Shown here piece after piece: positions 1 to 10,107 of a stretch of DNA of 48,574 bases. The stretch comes from Thermodesulfobacteriota bacterium. Its GTDB lineage: Bacteria > Desulfobacterota > SM23-61. Both the position numbers and the translations under genes were made by a program. The stretch spans positions 1 through 48,574 of the forward strand of contig DASPRR010000337.1 of the NCBI GenBank assembly GCA_035624375.1. The letters are read 5' to 3'. A model generated the notes under the pieces. It made no database searches and was not told where the DNA came from. It worked only from the letters and a program-made list of their open reading frames with translations. Each line of letters begins with the position of its first letter. The first letter of the stretch is position 1.

Positions 1-1308
1 GTATCCCCGGTACTTAATCATCTCCTTTTTTCGGTCCAGAATGAATACATACCCTTCTTCGTCCATTCGGGCGATGTCCCCGGTGTAGAGCCAGCCGTCG
101 CGGAGGGCCAGCCGGGTATCTTCCGGGTGCTTCCAGTACCCCTGGAACAGGTTAGGGCCCCGGACTACTAGCTCTCCGGGTTCCCCCAACTTCATTTCTG
201 TCTCTCCCTTATCCCAGTCCATGATCTTATCTTCCATATCGCTCACCGCAATCCCAACCGATCCTTCTTTGGGACGATCCGGTGGATTGGAATGGGTGGT
301 GGGAGAAGCCTCGCTCAAACCGTAATGGCGGGCAATGGGTACCCGGAACTTCTCCTGAATCGTTCGGGCGATGGCCGGAACCAGGGGAGCGGCACCGATC
401 CAGATGTACCGCAGGGAGGAAAGGTCGAATCGTTCTAGATCGGGCACGTTCAGAAAGGCCAACAAAGCCGGCTGAACGCCGAAGATCATCGTGACCCGGT
501 ATTTTTCCATGAGGCCCAAACACTCTTCGGCATGGAAGCGGGACATCACCACCTGAGTAGCCCCCAGGTAGATGGAGCCGCAGAGGAAGTAGGTGAACCC
601 ATAAATATGGTGGAAGGGGAGGAAACTGATGAAGATTTCACTTTCCCTGGCTTCCACGGCATTCATGGACTGGATTGTATTGGACACCAGATTGAAGTGA
701 GTGATCATAACCCCTTTGCTTAATCCAGCCGTGCCCGAGGAGTAAGGAAGAGCAGCCAGGTCTGCCTTGGTCTGAATCGGGGGAAGGGAGAGGGACAGGG
801 GGGCAGAGTATTTTTGAAGTAGATTTTGCAGAGAGAAGACCCTCCTCCCCGAGGGTTCTTTTCCCCGGGTGAGGATAACCTTTTCAAGAGAGGGCATTTG
901 GGGAAGAATTTTCTCTACTACCGGAAAAAGGTCCTTTTGAATCAGAATCACTCTGCTTTCAGCATCATTGACCTGGTTTTTCACCTCTCGTTCGCGAAGC
1001 GTGGGATTCATCGGAGAGACAATGGCTCCCATCTTCATAGCGGCGTAAAAGCCCACGAAGTACTCCCAACCATTGGGCAGGAAAAAAGAGACCCGGTCGC
1101 CTTTTCGGATTCCCCAGTCGAGGAAAGCCTGGGCCAGGGCATCGCTTTCCCGGTCCATTTCCAGAAAGGTGAGTACCCTCTCTCCATGAACATCGATGAC
1201 CGCAACCTTATTCGGAAGGCGCCCCACAGTCTTCTTGAGAAAATGGGAGACCGATTCCTCTGGATAGTCAAGAGAGGGACGCCGCATCTTGGAAGTACTC
1301 ATGTCCAT
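1..1308 (-). CDS. AMP-dependent acyl-CoA synthetase/ligase; 3' end lies beyond the window edge
   Basis: Own minus-strand translation; the ORF is open at the window edge, so it is absent from the track. It reads MDMSTSKMRRPSLDYPEESV..., with the AMP-binding motif YSSGTAGLSKGV near 700-740 and ...DGWLYTGDIARMDEEGYVFILDRKKEMIKYRGY at 1-100. Start is ATG 1308 or 1302. Confidence 0.85.
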   Translation of the reverse strand, partial: MDMSTSKMRRPSLDYPEESVSHFLKKTVGRLPNKVAVIDVHGERVLTFLEMDRESDALAQAFLDWGIRKGDRVSFFLPNGWEYFVGFYAAMKMGAIVSPMNPTLREREVKNQVNDAESRVILIQKDLFPVVEKILPQMPSLEKVILTRGKEPSGRRVFSLQNLLQKYSAPLSLSLPPIQTKADLAALPYSSGTAGLSKGVMITHFNLVSNTIQSMNAVEARESEIFISFLPFHHIYGFTYFLCGSIYLGATQVVMSRFHAEECLGLMEKYRVTMIFGVQPALLAFLNVPDLERFDLSSLRYIWIGAAPLVPAIARTIQEKFRVPIARHYGLSEASPTTHSNPPDRPKEGSVGIAVSDMEDKIMDWDKGETEMKLGEPGELVVRGPNLFQGYWKHPEDTRLALRDGWLYTGDIARMDEEGYVFILDRKKEMIKYRGY

Positions 1309-1349
1309 ACAATCTGCAAATAGGAGGAGAACAGCTTGCTTTCTCGCCT

Positions 1350-2537
1350 TCAAGGAGAAAAAGAATCCGGCCCTAGAGATTTTAAATTCCCGATTATGGG
1401 AAATGGATAGTCGGATGTCGACTGGATGGACCCACCCCAGATGGGCCACATAGTCCGGTGGTCGCTTTTACGAATAGTCATTGGACCCACGGGAGTAGGA
1501 AAGGTTAAATCTTCGAGGGCCCGGAAAGCTTTTTCCGAATCCAGGGACCCGGCTTTTTGGATTGCTTTAATAAGGGCATGAATGCTGATATATCCGCTTA
1601 GGGCCGCCAAGCTGGGGTAAGAATTGGTATTGTTTCGGTATTTGGAAACAAACACCTTGGTTTCCTTCCAGTCCAGAGCCCAAAAGGGAAAAGCGCTGAT
1701 CCCCCAGACTCCCTCGGGGACTTTTTTTCTCATGCCAACCAGCGAATCCAGGTTTCCAGATTCGAGTTCCAGGTGAATGATTTTTTTAAAATATCCCTCT
1801 TTATTGGCCAGCTGATAGAACTCCAGCCAGTCCTTCACTCCCAGGTGGCTCAGGCATACTTCGGTATTCAACGCCATCAGGGTCCGGAGGTAGGGACGAT
1901 AGTCATCGACGCGCGGAGGGAGGAACGTCTCCCCCAGCCGCTGGGCCTCAGGATTCTGCTTTTTCATCGCCTCCCAGAAGTATCCCACCCAATTTCTACC
2001 CAGGGCTGAGTTACGAGCCAGAAGGTAGAAGCGCTTTTTGGAAAATTGAGCTGCAGTCCGGACGGCGGCGCGCTGGAAGGCCTCGAGCGTCGGAGTGATC
2101 CAGAAAAGGCCAGAGGGCTCGTCCCCGGTTGAGACTGCCTCCATAAATTCAATTGGGAAAGCCAGGATGGGAATTTGGTGTTCTTGAGCCAATCGGGAAA
2201 CTGGAATGATAGCTTCTCGGTGCAAGGCTCCGATCAGAAAGGAAGGCCGCTGTTCGAAAAAAAAGTCCCGGAGGACGCTCTGTTCCCTTCTATCGAGGAA
2301 AGTCCCTCTGCGCGCCAAGAGAAGCAACTGAATCCCCTGTTTTCCTTCGACAGCGTTTACTTCGGCGACCGCAATCTCCGCCCCCCGCGCATAAGAGGAA
2401 TCGGCTCCGGTTCCGGAATCCTGCCAAGGAATCAAGAGGCCGATTTTTAACAGTTCCGCATGCGTTGTCAGGGGAAAGAACATGGGCAAGAGCAAAAAGG
2501 AAAAGCCGATGATTCCCAGAAAAAAGTGGAATTTCAA
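1350..2537 (-). CDS. Periplasmic substrate-binding protein, Leu/Ile/Val-binding (type 1 PBP) family, with signal peptide
   Basis: 395-aa ORF. N-terminal hydrophobic signal MKFHFFLGIIGFSFLLLPMFFPLTTHA, then KIGLLIP...YARGAEIAVAEVNA, typical of LivK-like ABC binding proteins. Confidence 0.75.
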   Translation of the reverse strand: MKFHFFLGIIGFSFLLLPMFFPLTTHAELLKIGLLIPWQDSGTGADSSYARGAEIAVAEVNAVEGKQGIQLLLLARRGTFLDRREQSVLRDFFFEQRPSFLIGALHREAIIPVSRLAQEHQIPILAFPIEFMEAVSTGDEPSGLFWITPTLEAFQRAAVRTAAQFSKKRFYLLARNSALGRNWVGYFWEAMKKQNPEAQRLGETFLPPRVDDYRPYLRTLMALNTEVCLSHLGVKDWLEFYQLANKEGYFKKIIHLELESGNLDSLVGMRKKVPEGVWGISAFPFWALDWKETKVFVSKYRNNTNSYPSLAALSGYISIHALIKAIQKAGSLDSEKAFRALEDLTFPTPVGPMTIRKSDHRTMWPIWGGSIQSTSDYPFPIIGNLKSLGPDSFSP

Positions 2538-2870
2538 GGGGGAGGCTAAAGGAGATGAGCCGCAGCGGTTATTCGAAAAGGCGAGCTGCCGGGGCGTACG
2601 GAATGGGCTCTCGATTCCGATCTGATTTTCCTCCTTTTAATGGAAAAAATAATGGGTTTTGAATCATGAAGGAATACGGATTTAGGGCGAAAGCCAGACA
2701 AAAAAGAAGCACTGCACTACGATAACCTATATTAGCAGGGAAGTAGAATAAAGGGAACGCAAAATTGAACGTCTGTTTACGCCACAGATCATTGGGCGGC
2801 ATTTAATAATTGACGAAATGGAAAATATACATTAATCTAATTCTTTAGGCTCTAATTCCTTTAAGCAACT

Positions 2871-4199
2871 ATGTTTGATTCTCTTAGCGACAAGCTGAGC
2901 ACGGTCTTCAAGAAGCTTCGCGGACACGGCAAGCTTACGGAGCAAAACATCTCCGAAGCCCTAAAAGAAGTCCGCCTGGCCCTATTGGAGGCAGATGTAA
3001 ATTTCAAAGTTGTCAAGGATTTCATCGAACGCACCCAGACTCGTGCCGTTGGACAGGAAGTTCTGAGAAGTTTGACCCCTGCCCAGCAAGTGGTTAAAAT
3101 CGTTCATGAAGAGCTCATCTCCCTCATGGGAGGGTCCAGCAGCGGGCTTAACCTGTCTTACAAGCCTCCAATTCCCATCATGCTCGTTGGGCTGCAGGGC
3201 TCCGGAAAAACTACTACGGCGGCAAAGCTGGGGAAGTTTCTGAAGGACAAAGGCCGGAAGGTCCATCTGGTACCAGCCGATGTTCGCCGCCCTGCGGCGG
3301 TCGAGCAGTTGAAGAAACTGGGCGAGCAACTTGCAATCCCGGTTTATCCTACCGATCCCCAAGAGAGTCCGGTGAAAATCTGCCGCAAGGCTCTCCAGTG
3401 GGCCGATGAAGAGAGCGGGGATGTGTTGCTCATTGATACGGCAGGTCGGCTGCATATCGATGAGGCCTTGATGAAAGAACTGGAAGAAATCAAGAAGGAA
3501 GTCACACCCCGGGAGATTCTTCTGGTGGCTGACGCCATGACTGGGCAAGACGCGGTCACCGTGGCTAAAAAGTTCAATGATTCCCTCGATCTTCACGGCG
3601 TAATCTTGACCAAATTGGACGGAGACGCCCGGGGTGGTGCGGCGCTTTCAATCAAGGCGGTAACCGGAAGACCCATAAAATTTATAGGAATCGGAGAGAA
3701 ACTCGAGGCCCTGGAGCTCTTCCATCCGGATCGAATGGCCTCCCGAATCCTGGGAATGGGGGATGTTCTCTCCCTGATCGAGAAAGCCCAGGAAGCCATC
3801 GATGAGAAGAAAGCCCAGGAGCTCCAGAAGAAGCTGCTAAAGGATTCTTTTACCCTGGAAGATTTTCGGGATCAGCTGCAGCAGATTAAAAAGATGGGTT
3901 CCATCGAAGAAATCCTGTCCATGATTCCGGGAATGGGTCGTCTTAAGGTCCCCAAAGACCTGCAGGGAAGTGAGAAAGAGCTAATCAGAGTAGAGGCGAT
4001 CATAAATTCAATGACTCGTCAGGAGAGGCACCACCCGGAGATTTTGAATGGGAGCCGCCGTCTGCGGATCGCTAAGGGAAGCGGGACGACCGTTCAGGAT
4101 GTGAATCAGCTGCTCAAGCAATACCTTGAGACCAAGAAAATGCTCCGAACCTTCCGGAAAGGCGGGATGAAAGGGCTACCCCGAGGCCTTTTCCCCTGA
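2871..4199 (+). CDS. ffh: Signal recognition particle protein Ffh
   Basis: 442 aa with SRP54 N/G/M domains: GLQGSGKTTTAAKLG, DTAGRLH, LTKLDGDARGGAALS and a Met-rich C-terminal M domain. Confidence 0.97.
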   Translation: MFDSLSDKLSTVFKKLRGHGKLTEQNISEALKEVRLALLEADVNFKVVKDFIERTQTRAVGQEVLRSLTPAQQVVKIVHEELISLMGGSSSGLNLSYKPPIPIMLVGLQGSGKTTTAAKLGKFLKDKGRKVHLVPADVRRPAAVEQLKKLGEQLAIPVYPTDPQESPVKICRKALQWADEESGDVLLIDTAGRLHIDEALMKELEEIKKEVTPREILLVADAMTGQDAVTVAKKFNDSLDLHGVILTKLDGDARGGAALSIKAVTGRPIKFIGIGEKLEALELFHPDRMASRILGMGDVLSLIEKAQEAIDEKKAQELQKKLLKDSFTLEDFRDQLQQIKKMGSIEEILSMIPGMGRLKVPKDLQGSEKELIRVEAIINSMTRQERHHPEILNGSRRLRIAKGSGTTVQDVNQLLKQYLETKKMLRTFRKGGMKGLPRGLFP

Positions 4200-4370
4200 A
4201 GGGCGGTAGGTCATGGAGGAAGGGGAGCGGCTTGGATATCCGGATTTCCGGAATCCCCTTTGAATTGAGGAAGGACCTTTCAGGGTCTCATGGAGGGTGC
4301 CGATCAGATTTGAGCCGAAGTGACTTTTCTGAAGTAAGAAGATTCTGACGAAGAGAAAGGAAGAAGTTTT

Positions 4371-4679
4371 ATGGCGGTAACCATTCGATTAACCCGTATG
4401 GGGAGTAAGAAAAAGCCCTTCTACCGGCTTGTGGCAGCCGATTCGCGCTTTCCCCGAGATGGTCGGTTTATCGAGGTTTTGGGAACCTATGATCCTAAAA
4501 CCAACCCCCCGGCCATTAAACTGAATCGGGAAAAAGTGGAGGCCTGGCTGAACCAGGGAGCCAGTGTTTCGGCGACGGTGAAGAGTCTCCTGAAAAAGGG
4601 AGGCGTCTCCCTCCGGCCAACCCAAAAGTCAACCCCTGCCAATCAGGAGGGTGGACCCCGGGCGGAATCGCCGGCCTGA
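4371..4679 (+). CDS. rpsP: 30S ribosomal protein S16
   Basis: [42 protein letters not shown] is canonical S16. Synteny ffh-rpsP-rimM-trmD-rplS. Confidence 0.96.
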   Translation: MAVTIRLTRMGSKKKPFYRLVAADSRFPRDGRFIEVLGTYDPKTNPPAIKLNREKVEAWLNQGASVSATVKSLLKKGGVSLRPTQKSTPANQEGGPRAESPA

Positions 4680-4784
4680 ATTGGGATGTCCATCCTTCTT
4701 GAGGAATTCGTTTGCTCGACCGTGCGCGCCTGAGAATGAGATGGCCAAAGGGCCTTACTCACAGGGAAAGGGGGGCGAGGTTCT

Positions 4785-5021
4785 ATGGATATGAAAGAAT
4801 TGATCGCGTACATTGCGAAAGCCCTGGTGGACGCCCCTGAGGCTGTGGAGGTCTCGGAGGTGGAGGGAGAGCAAACTTCGGTAATTGAATTGAAAGTCGC
4901 CAAAGGCGACCTGGGAAAGGTAATCGGAAAGCAAGGGCGGACAGCTCGGGCGATGCGCACTATTTTGAATGCCGCCTCGACCAAAATTAAAAAGCGGGCG
5001 GTCCTGGAGATCATTGAGTGA
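4785..5021 (+). CDS. KH-domain RNA-binding protein (UPF0109/YlqC family)
   Basis: 78 aa with [18 protein letters not shown] (GXXG KH motif). Conserved position between rpsP and rimM. Confidence 0.9.
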   Translation: MDMKELIAYIAKALVDAPEAVEVSEVEGEQTSVIELKVAKGDLGKVIGKQGRTARAMRTILNAASTKIKKRAVLEIIE

Positions 5022-5028
5022 ACCTCCC

Positions 5029-5553
5029 ATGGAAGATCCGCTTCTATGGGTCGGCCGGTTAGTCAAGACCCAGGGCATCAAAGGAGAGGTCAGAGTTTCC
5101 TCGCCGGGAAGAGAGGCCCTGGCGCAATCCCGGGGGAAAGTGGTTTACCTGGAGGACCCCAAGGGAAACCGAAAGGCGTTCACGGTAGCCGCGAGCAGGC
5201 CCTTGCGAGAATTGACCGTTCTCGCCTTTGACGAGATCAAAAGCATTGAAGAAGCCCAGAACCTGATCGGTTGTTCCGTATACGTAAACAAGGCCAATCT
5301 GAGTCCCTTGCCCCCGGATGAATTCTACTGGTACCAGCTACGGGGGCTCCGTGTAGAGACCGGAGAGGGAAAGTTTTTAGGAATTCTGGAGGAAGTTTTT
5401 TCCACGGGAAGTAACGATGTGTTCGTGGTCCGCAAGGAGGGGAAAGAAATTCTCCTCCCGGCCACGGATGAAGTGGTAGCCCAAGTAAACTTGCAGGAGA
5501 AAGTTATGATCATTCATCCTCTGGAAGGGCTGCTGCCGGAAGATGGTCTTTGA
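5029..5553 (+). CDS. rimM: 16S rRNA processing protein RimM
   Basis: [18 protein letters not shown]...[12 protein letters not shown]...SNDVFVV motifs. I prefer ATG 5029 (just after the KH gene stop at 5021) over the track start at 4969. Confidence 0.9.
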   Translation: MEDPLLWVGRLVKTQGIKGEVRVSSPGREALAQSRGKVVYLEDPKGNRKAFTVAASRPLRELTVLAFDEIKSIEEAQNLIGCSVYVNKANLSPLPPDEFYWYQLRGLRVETGEGKFLGILEEVFSTGSNDVFVVRKEGKEILLPATDEVVAQVNLQEKVMIIHPLEGLLPEDGL

Positions 5554-6283
5554 TATTCTGACGATTTTTCCGGAGATCTTCCGATCCCCCCTGTCGGAGA
5601 GCCTGATAAAAAAAGCTCTGGACAAGGGAGTCCTTCAGGTACGCATCTGGAATCTTCGGGATTTTACGGAGGACAAGCATCGGACGACGGATGATTACCC
5701 TTATGGGGGCGGAGCCGGCATGGTCATGAAAGCCGATCCCATTTTCCGCGCCGTAGAGGAAATAAAGGCTAATAACCCGGACGCCCGAACCCTCCTTCTG
5801 ACCCCCCAGGGGGAGCGATTTCACCAGGGATTGGCCAAAGGTCTAAGCGAGCAGAAGCACTGGATCCTGATCTGCGGACGATATGAAGGGCTGGACGAAC
5901 GAGTTCGGCTGGGAGTCGTAGACCGGGAGATTTCCATCGGAGATTACGTCCTCAACGGGGGCGAGATTCCCGCGCTGGTCTTCCTGGAAGTTATCAGCCG
6001 GTACGTTCCCGGTTTTCTGGGCAGCGAGCAGTCCGTAGAAGAAGAAACTTTTTCGGACGGACTTCTGGAATACCCTCAGTACACCCGGCCGCCCGTCATT
6101 CGTGGCATGGAGGTTCCCGAAATCCTTCTCTCCGGAAACCATGCGGAGATCAAGCGGTGGAGACGAAGGGAGTCGCTGAAGCGGACGTATCTGCGGAGGC
6201 CAGACCTTTTAGAAAGGGCTGATTTATCCGAAGAAGACCTTGAGTACCTGGCTGAGTTAAAGAGCCAGAAAGCGAGGGAATAA
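5543..6283 (+). CDS. trmD: tRNA (guanine37-N1)-methyltransferase TrmD
   Basis: [13 protein letters not shown]...[13 protein letters not shown]...[13 protein letters not shown]. The start overlaps the rimM end. Confidence 0.97.
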   Translation: MVFDILTIFPEIFRSPLSESLIKKALDKGVLQVRIWNLRDFTEDKHRTTDDYPYGGGAGMVMKADPIFRAVEEIKANNPDARTLLLTPQGERFHQGLAKGLSEQKHWILICGRYEGLDERVRLGVVDREISIGDYVLNGGEIPALVFLEVISRYVPGFLGSEQSVEEETFSDGLLEYPQYTRPPVIRGMEVPEILLSGNHAEIKRWRRRESLKRTYLRRPDLLERADLSEEDLEYLAELKSQKARE

Positions 6284-6285
6284 AA

Positions 6286-6314
6286 GTAGGGGCGGGTTTA
6301 AAACCCGCCCCTAC
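6286..6314 (+). terminator. Perfect 13-bp stem / 3-nt loop GC-rich hairpin after the trmD stop; no U-tract on the + strand
   Basis: GTAGGGGCGGGTT-TAA-AACCCGCCCCTAC read directly, 3 nt after TAA 6281-6283. Confidence 0.4.
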
Positions 6315-6383
6315 ACCGACCATGAAGATCTTTGGACAGGGCATTTTTGTTGGAAAGCTATCATTTCGTATTTGGAGGTTGTC

Positions 6384-6731
6384 ATGAGAGCCATTGAACA
6401 GCTGGAAAAGGAACAGATGCGCATGGACATACCCGATTTTCGGGCTGGAGATACAGTGAAGGTTCATGTGAAGATTAAAGAGGGGGAAAAAGAACGGATC
6501 CAGGTTTTTGAAGGAATTGTGATCCGCAAACGGCAGGGTGCCAGCCGGGCCAGCTTCACCGTGCGAAAAGTCTCCTATGGGGTGGGTGTGGAGCGGATCT
6601 TTCCTACCCATTCGCCGGCCATTGACCACATTGATGTTGTGCAGAGAGGGAAGGTCCGCCGGGCCAAGCTTTATTACCTCAGGGCACTGAGGGGCAAGGC
6701 CGCTCGGATCCGCGAGCAGAGAGAAAATTAG
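6384..6731 (+). CDS. rplS: 50S ribosomal protein L19
   Basis: [47 protein letters not shown] 6384 lies 5 nt after GGAGG (6375-6379), so it is preferred over the TTG at 6372 used in the track. Confidence 0.96.
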   Translation: MRAIEQLEKEQMRMDIPDFRAGDTVKVHVKIKEGEKERIQVFEGIVIRKRQGASRASFTVRKVSYGVGVERIFPTHSPAIDHIDVVQRGKVRRAKLYYLRALRGKAARIREQREN

Positions 6732-6743
6732 TTTTCATGCTCT

Positions 6744-6824
6744 CATTTCAGATTTGAGATTTCAGATTTCAGCTTGGATCCCAATTTTTTGAAATCTGCC
6801 GTCGACAATCTGTAATCCTAAATC
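6744..6824. repeat. Tandem heptamer (C/G)AGATTT x3.4 (6749-6772) plus inverted copies AAATCTG/AATCTG (6792-6812)
   Basis: Read directly. CAGATTTC (6763-6770) is the exact complement of GAAATCTG (6791-6798). The element lies between rplS and rnhB. Confidence 0.8.
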
Positions 6825-6832
6825 CGCTGCTT

Positions 6833-7441
6833 ATGGGATGGGAACCATTCGAGGTGAAAGCTCGAAGCGAGGGCTTTCAGGTCATCGCCGGGCTGGATGA
6901 GGCCGGCAGGGGGCCACTGGCTGGGCCGGTGGTGGCCGCAGCCGTCGTTCTTCCCCCAACCCGCAACCTGAAGGGGGTTGCGGATTCCAAGACGTTGACC
7001 GCGGACCGGCGGGAGAAGGCTTTCTTCCTCATCCAAAAAAAAGCCCTAGGAATGGGAATTGGCATCGTGGAGGCCGAGGAAATTGATCGGCTGAACATCC
7101 TCCGGGCCTCCCTGAAAGCCATGGAACTGGCGCTGCAAGGCCTTTCCCTCTCCCCGGATTGTCTCCTCATCGACGGACTCCACACGCTCAACCTTCCACT
7201 GAAACAACAGGCCATTACCAAAGGGGACGGAAGGTGTCTCTCCATTGCCGCCGCCTCCATCGTGGCCAAAGTCACCCGGGACCGGCTGATGGTGGAATAC
7301 CACGAGAAATATCCTCATTACAATTTCGCCCGGCACAAAGGATACGGGACCCGGGAGCACCTCCAGGCCATCCGGGAGCACGGGTGCTGCCCTATCCACC
7401 GCCAATCTTTCCGCACCATTTACCAACTTTCTCTCCTATGA
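6833..7441 (+). CDS. rnhB: Ribonuclease HII
   Basis: IAGLDEAGRGPLAGPVVAAAV...DSK...SIAAASIVAKVTRD, the RNase HII signature. Confidence 0.95.
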   Translation: MGWEPFEVKARSEGFQVIAGLDEAGRGPLAGPVVAAAVVLPPTRNLKGVADSKTLTADRREKAFFLIQKKALGMGIGIVEAEEIDRLNILRASLKAMELALQGLSLSPDCLLIDGLHTLNLPLKQQAITKGDGRCLSIAAASIVAKVTRDRLMVEYHEKYPHYNFARHKGYGTREHLQAIREHGCCPIHRQSFRTIYQLSLL

Positions 7442-7809
7442 CCCAAGATCGGCTCTCCCTCGGGAAAAAAGGCGAGGAATTGGCCATCGCCCAGCTCGAG
7501 GCGCTGAAATACAAAATCCTGGAACGGAATTTCAAATGTCCCCTGGGCGAGATCGATATCATTGCCAGGGATAAAAGTACCCTGGTCTTCATTGAAGTTA
7601 AAACCCGGGCGACAAAAGATTTCGGAGGGCCGGCGGCCGCAGTCCACGAGCGGAAGCAGCGCCAACTCTCTAAAGTCGCCCTGGTTTATTTGAATCAAAA
7701 GAAACTCTTCAATATACCCGCGCGGTTTGATGTGGTGGCCGTGGAACTCATCCCTCCCTACCCCAGAATTGAGGTAATCCGCAACGCTTTCGATCTCTGC
7801 TATGAATGA
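7438..7809 (+). CDS. yraN: YraN-family (UPF0102) predicted endonuclease
   Basis: GKKGEELAIAQLEALKYKILERNFKCPLGEIDIIARDKSTLVFIEVKTR. ATG 7438 overlaps the rnhB stop (ATGA). The longer track ORF starting at 7159 is an out-of-frame overlap with rnhB. Confidence 0.88.
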   Translation: MTQDRLSLGKKGEELAIAQLEALKYKILERNFKCPLGEIDIIARDKSTLVFIEVKTRATKDFGGPAAAVHERKQRQLSKVALVYLNQKKLFNIPARFDVVAVELIPPYPRIEVIRNAFDLCYE

Positions 7810-7912
7810 TTCGGGAGGGAAAAATCGGGTCCAGGTTGAAGGAAAAAAATCTGGCCCCTGGCCATGAATTTTAGGGGGAAAGACCCGGCTTTCCAGGTCA
7901 TTTATCTTTAGG

Positions 7913-9088
7913 TCAATATTTATCCAGGCCGTACATCCGTGCTGCATTTTCGTGCAAGATCATTCGCCCCGCCTTTTCTGCCTGTTTGAAAGTTAGCAGA
8001 CCGAATCTAACCGCATCACCCAAAGCCTCTGCCAGAGCGAGCTTGGCGGTCTTGGCCGCCAGCCAGGGGATTTCCGGGGTATCGTGGCCGCCGCTTCCAA
8101 CTATAATCTTGGAGAGAGGCGCGATTCCAATCACCTCCTTGTAGCAATCGACCAGACGCAGGGAAACCCATGGTGTGGTCCAGCTCATGTCCACCCATAC
8201 ATGGGGCAGGGAGTGAGCCAGCTCCGCCGCATGTTGAAGCCATGGATAAGCGGCATGAAGAAAAACGATCCTGGTTTGAAGGAACCTGGGCTGTCTGATG
8301 AGGGGGACCAACAAGAAGGGGTCAGCATTCGAAATAGGGCCGTCCCAAAGTCCGCCCGTGCACCCGCTATGGAGGTGAACGGGAATCCTCAAATCCTGAC
8401 ACTGCAGAAGCGTGTGGGTGAAGGCTGCTACATAAAGCTCCTTGTAGGCATCAGAATCCTTAGCTTTGGCGGCCGGAAAGATCGCTTCCGCTTCTGCATC
8501 CGAGACCGGCTCAACTCCGAAACCAACCTGTTCAGCCAGATGGCATTTTACCCCGCAAAATCCCTCCTGTTTTGCTGCCCCGCTCAGCCCTTCCTGGTAT
8601 TCACGTAGGAATTCTTTATAGGAATCGGTTCTCTCGAGCAGATTATCGATAAGCGGGTCCATCTGGAAGAGTCTCATCACTTTTCCGGGGATTAAATCGA
8701 GGAGGGGGTCCTTCATGGACAGTCCAGCATCCACAACCGATCCGACGATCCCCGCGTCTTCATATAGTAATCTGACATAGGCCGGAAAGTTTTTGGAAGT
8801 TCTCCGGCTCCGTTCGGCAGCGACTGCCTCCAACTCATCTGGACAGCCTAATAGCTTGGATAGCTGGCAAACCATGGTTTGGATAACCCCCATATGACGC
8901 AAGTGATACCGGAGTTCATCCGTAGTTCCCCAGAGTTTAGCCTTTTTGACCCCCTCTTTGGGGATATCGCCCATTCCATGGAAAAAAACCTTGGCGAGCG
9001 AATCCGCATCCAGGGTAACCTTCTCGAGGTCAAAGGGATGGCTGTGGTTATCGATGATCGGGACCTCACTGAAATCGAGCATACTCAT
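7913..9088 (-). CDS. Amidohydrolase-family metal-dependent hydrolase (TIM barrel)
   Basis: PIIDNHSHPF near the N-terminus, plus HLHSG and later His/Asp residues typical of the Amidohydro_2 family. Start is probably ATG 9088 or 9082 (AGAGG just upstream) rather than 9151. Confidence 0.7.
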   Translation of the reverse strand: MSMLDFSEVPIIDNHSHPFDLEKVTLDADSLAKVFFHGMGDIPKEGVKKAKLWGTTDELRYHLRHMGVIQTMVCQLSKLLGCPDELEAVAAERSRRTSKNFPAYVRLLYEDAGIVGSVVDAGLSMKDPLLDLIPGKVMRLFQMDPLIDNLLERTDSYKEFLREYQEGLSGAAKQEGFCGVKCHLAEQVGFGVEPVSDAEAEAIFPAAKAKDSDAYKELYVAAFTHTLLQCQDLRIPVHLHSGCTGGLWDGPISNADPFLLVPLIRQPRFLQTRIVFLHAAYPWLQHAAELAHSLPHVWVDMSWTTPWVSLRLVDCYKEVIGIAPLSKIIVGSGGHDTPEIPWLAAKTAKLALAEALGDAVRFGLLTFKQAEKAGRMILHENAARMYGLDKY

Positions 9089-9201
9089 GCACCTCTTTTC
9101 CATTTTTGGGGGGTTAAAGCCATTGTGAAATCCTGGAATCGGATTTGTCAATTGGGATTTTGATCTTTGATATTTGAATTTTCTCCGGTATTCTATCGGT
9201 A

Positions 9202-10068
9202 ATGGACCAAGACATTCTTCGAGATCAGGAAGGCTTCCGGCAGCAGGTTATTGATGCCCTCTCCAAGGAGCCTGTAGATTATGTGGAACAGTTTGCCTTT
9301 ATCAAGCGTGAGAAGGAGACGCAGGAAAACTTTTCCGGAGGAGGGGTTCTCTTGCCGCTGTTTTTTGGGGAAGGGGGGAATTGGGGAGAAGCGGGACCCG
9401 GCGAGTATGTCTTCCTTCTCAACAAGCGCTCCAAACAGGTCCTTCAGCCCGGAGACCTCTGTGCGCCCGGCGGAGGAATTCATCCTTTTTGGGATTCCTT
9501 TACCCAAAAAATCCTTCAATTCAAACTCCTGCCCGGAGTTGGAGGACCCGGATTGAAACTGGCCAAGAAAAGAGGGAAAGAGGTTTACGAAAAGATACTC
9601 TTTCTCCTGGGGAATGCCCTGCGGGAGAGCTGGGAGGAGTTACGGCTGAGCCCGTTTAATGTGGAATTTCTCGGCCCGCTGCCGACCTACTCCCTTTCAA
9701 GCCGGAGATGGATCATCTTTCCTCTTGTGGGAAGAGTAAAACGCTCTTGGCAACCTAAACTCAGCTGGGAAGTGGAAAAGATCGTTCCCATTCCTCTATC
9801 CGCTTTTTTCAAACCGGGAAACTACGCCGTCTATTCCCTGGAAGTCCCCGAAAAGTTGGTCGCACACGGCATCCCCAGTCCTTGGGAGTTTCCCTGTCTG
9901 GTCCATCGGGAGAAGGGCGAAGAAGAGATCCTCTGGGGAGCCACTTTCAAAGTGATCCAGACTTTCTTCCAGATCGTCTTAGGATTCTCTTTGCCCTACC
10001 CGGATGGCGGTCAAGTCATCCGCCGGCCGCTGGCTTCAAACTATTTGACCGGGAGGGAAGAGTTGTAG
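9202..10068 (+). CDS. Nudix-like hydrolase (CoA-pyrophosphatase-like), divergent
   Basis: LLNKRSKQVLQPGDLCAPGGG resembles the CoA-pyrophosphatase motif preceding the Nudix box. ALRESWEELRL resembles the REx2EE core, but the two are separated by an unusually long insert. Confidence 0.45.
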   Translation: MDQDILRDQEGFRQQVIDALSKEPVDYVEQFAFIKREKETQENFSGGGVLLPLFFGEGGNWGEAGPGEYVFLLNKRSKQVLQPGDLCAPGGGIHPFWDSFTQKILQFKLLPGVGGPGLKLAKKRGKEVYEKILFLLGNALRESWEELRLSPFNVEFLGPLPTYSLSSRRWIIFPLVGRVKRSWQPKLSWEVEKIVPIPLSAFFKPGNYAVYSLEVPEKLVAHGIPSPWEFPCLVHREKGEEEILWGATFKVIQTFFQIVLGFSLPYPDGGQVIRRPLASNYLTGREEL

Positions 10069-10107
10069 CTCAAAACCGAATGCCCGAAATTGGTCTCCCT
10101 TTTTCGC

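Noticed and set aside
2569-2802. 77-aa minus-strand ORF, and a possible SRP RNA or other ncRNA, in the divergent spacer upstream of ffh.
   Set aside because: The ORF has no RBS and a low-complexity hydrophobic translation. I see none of the conserved SRP RNA domain IV sequence (for example GGUCCGGAAGGAAGCAGCC). A weak TTGACG-17 nt-TAATCT motif (2810-2838) may be the ffh promoter, but it is too poor to list.
6744-6824. CRISPR array or microsatellite interpretation of the tandem-word regions (also 28456-28528 and 23299-23374).
   Set aside because: The words are only 7-10 nt and present in 2-3 copies, with no spacer-repeat periodicity of 25-40 nt and no cas genes. The inverted copies point to hairpins instead.
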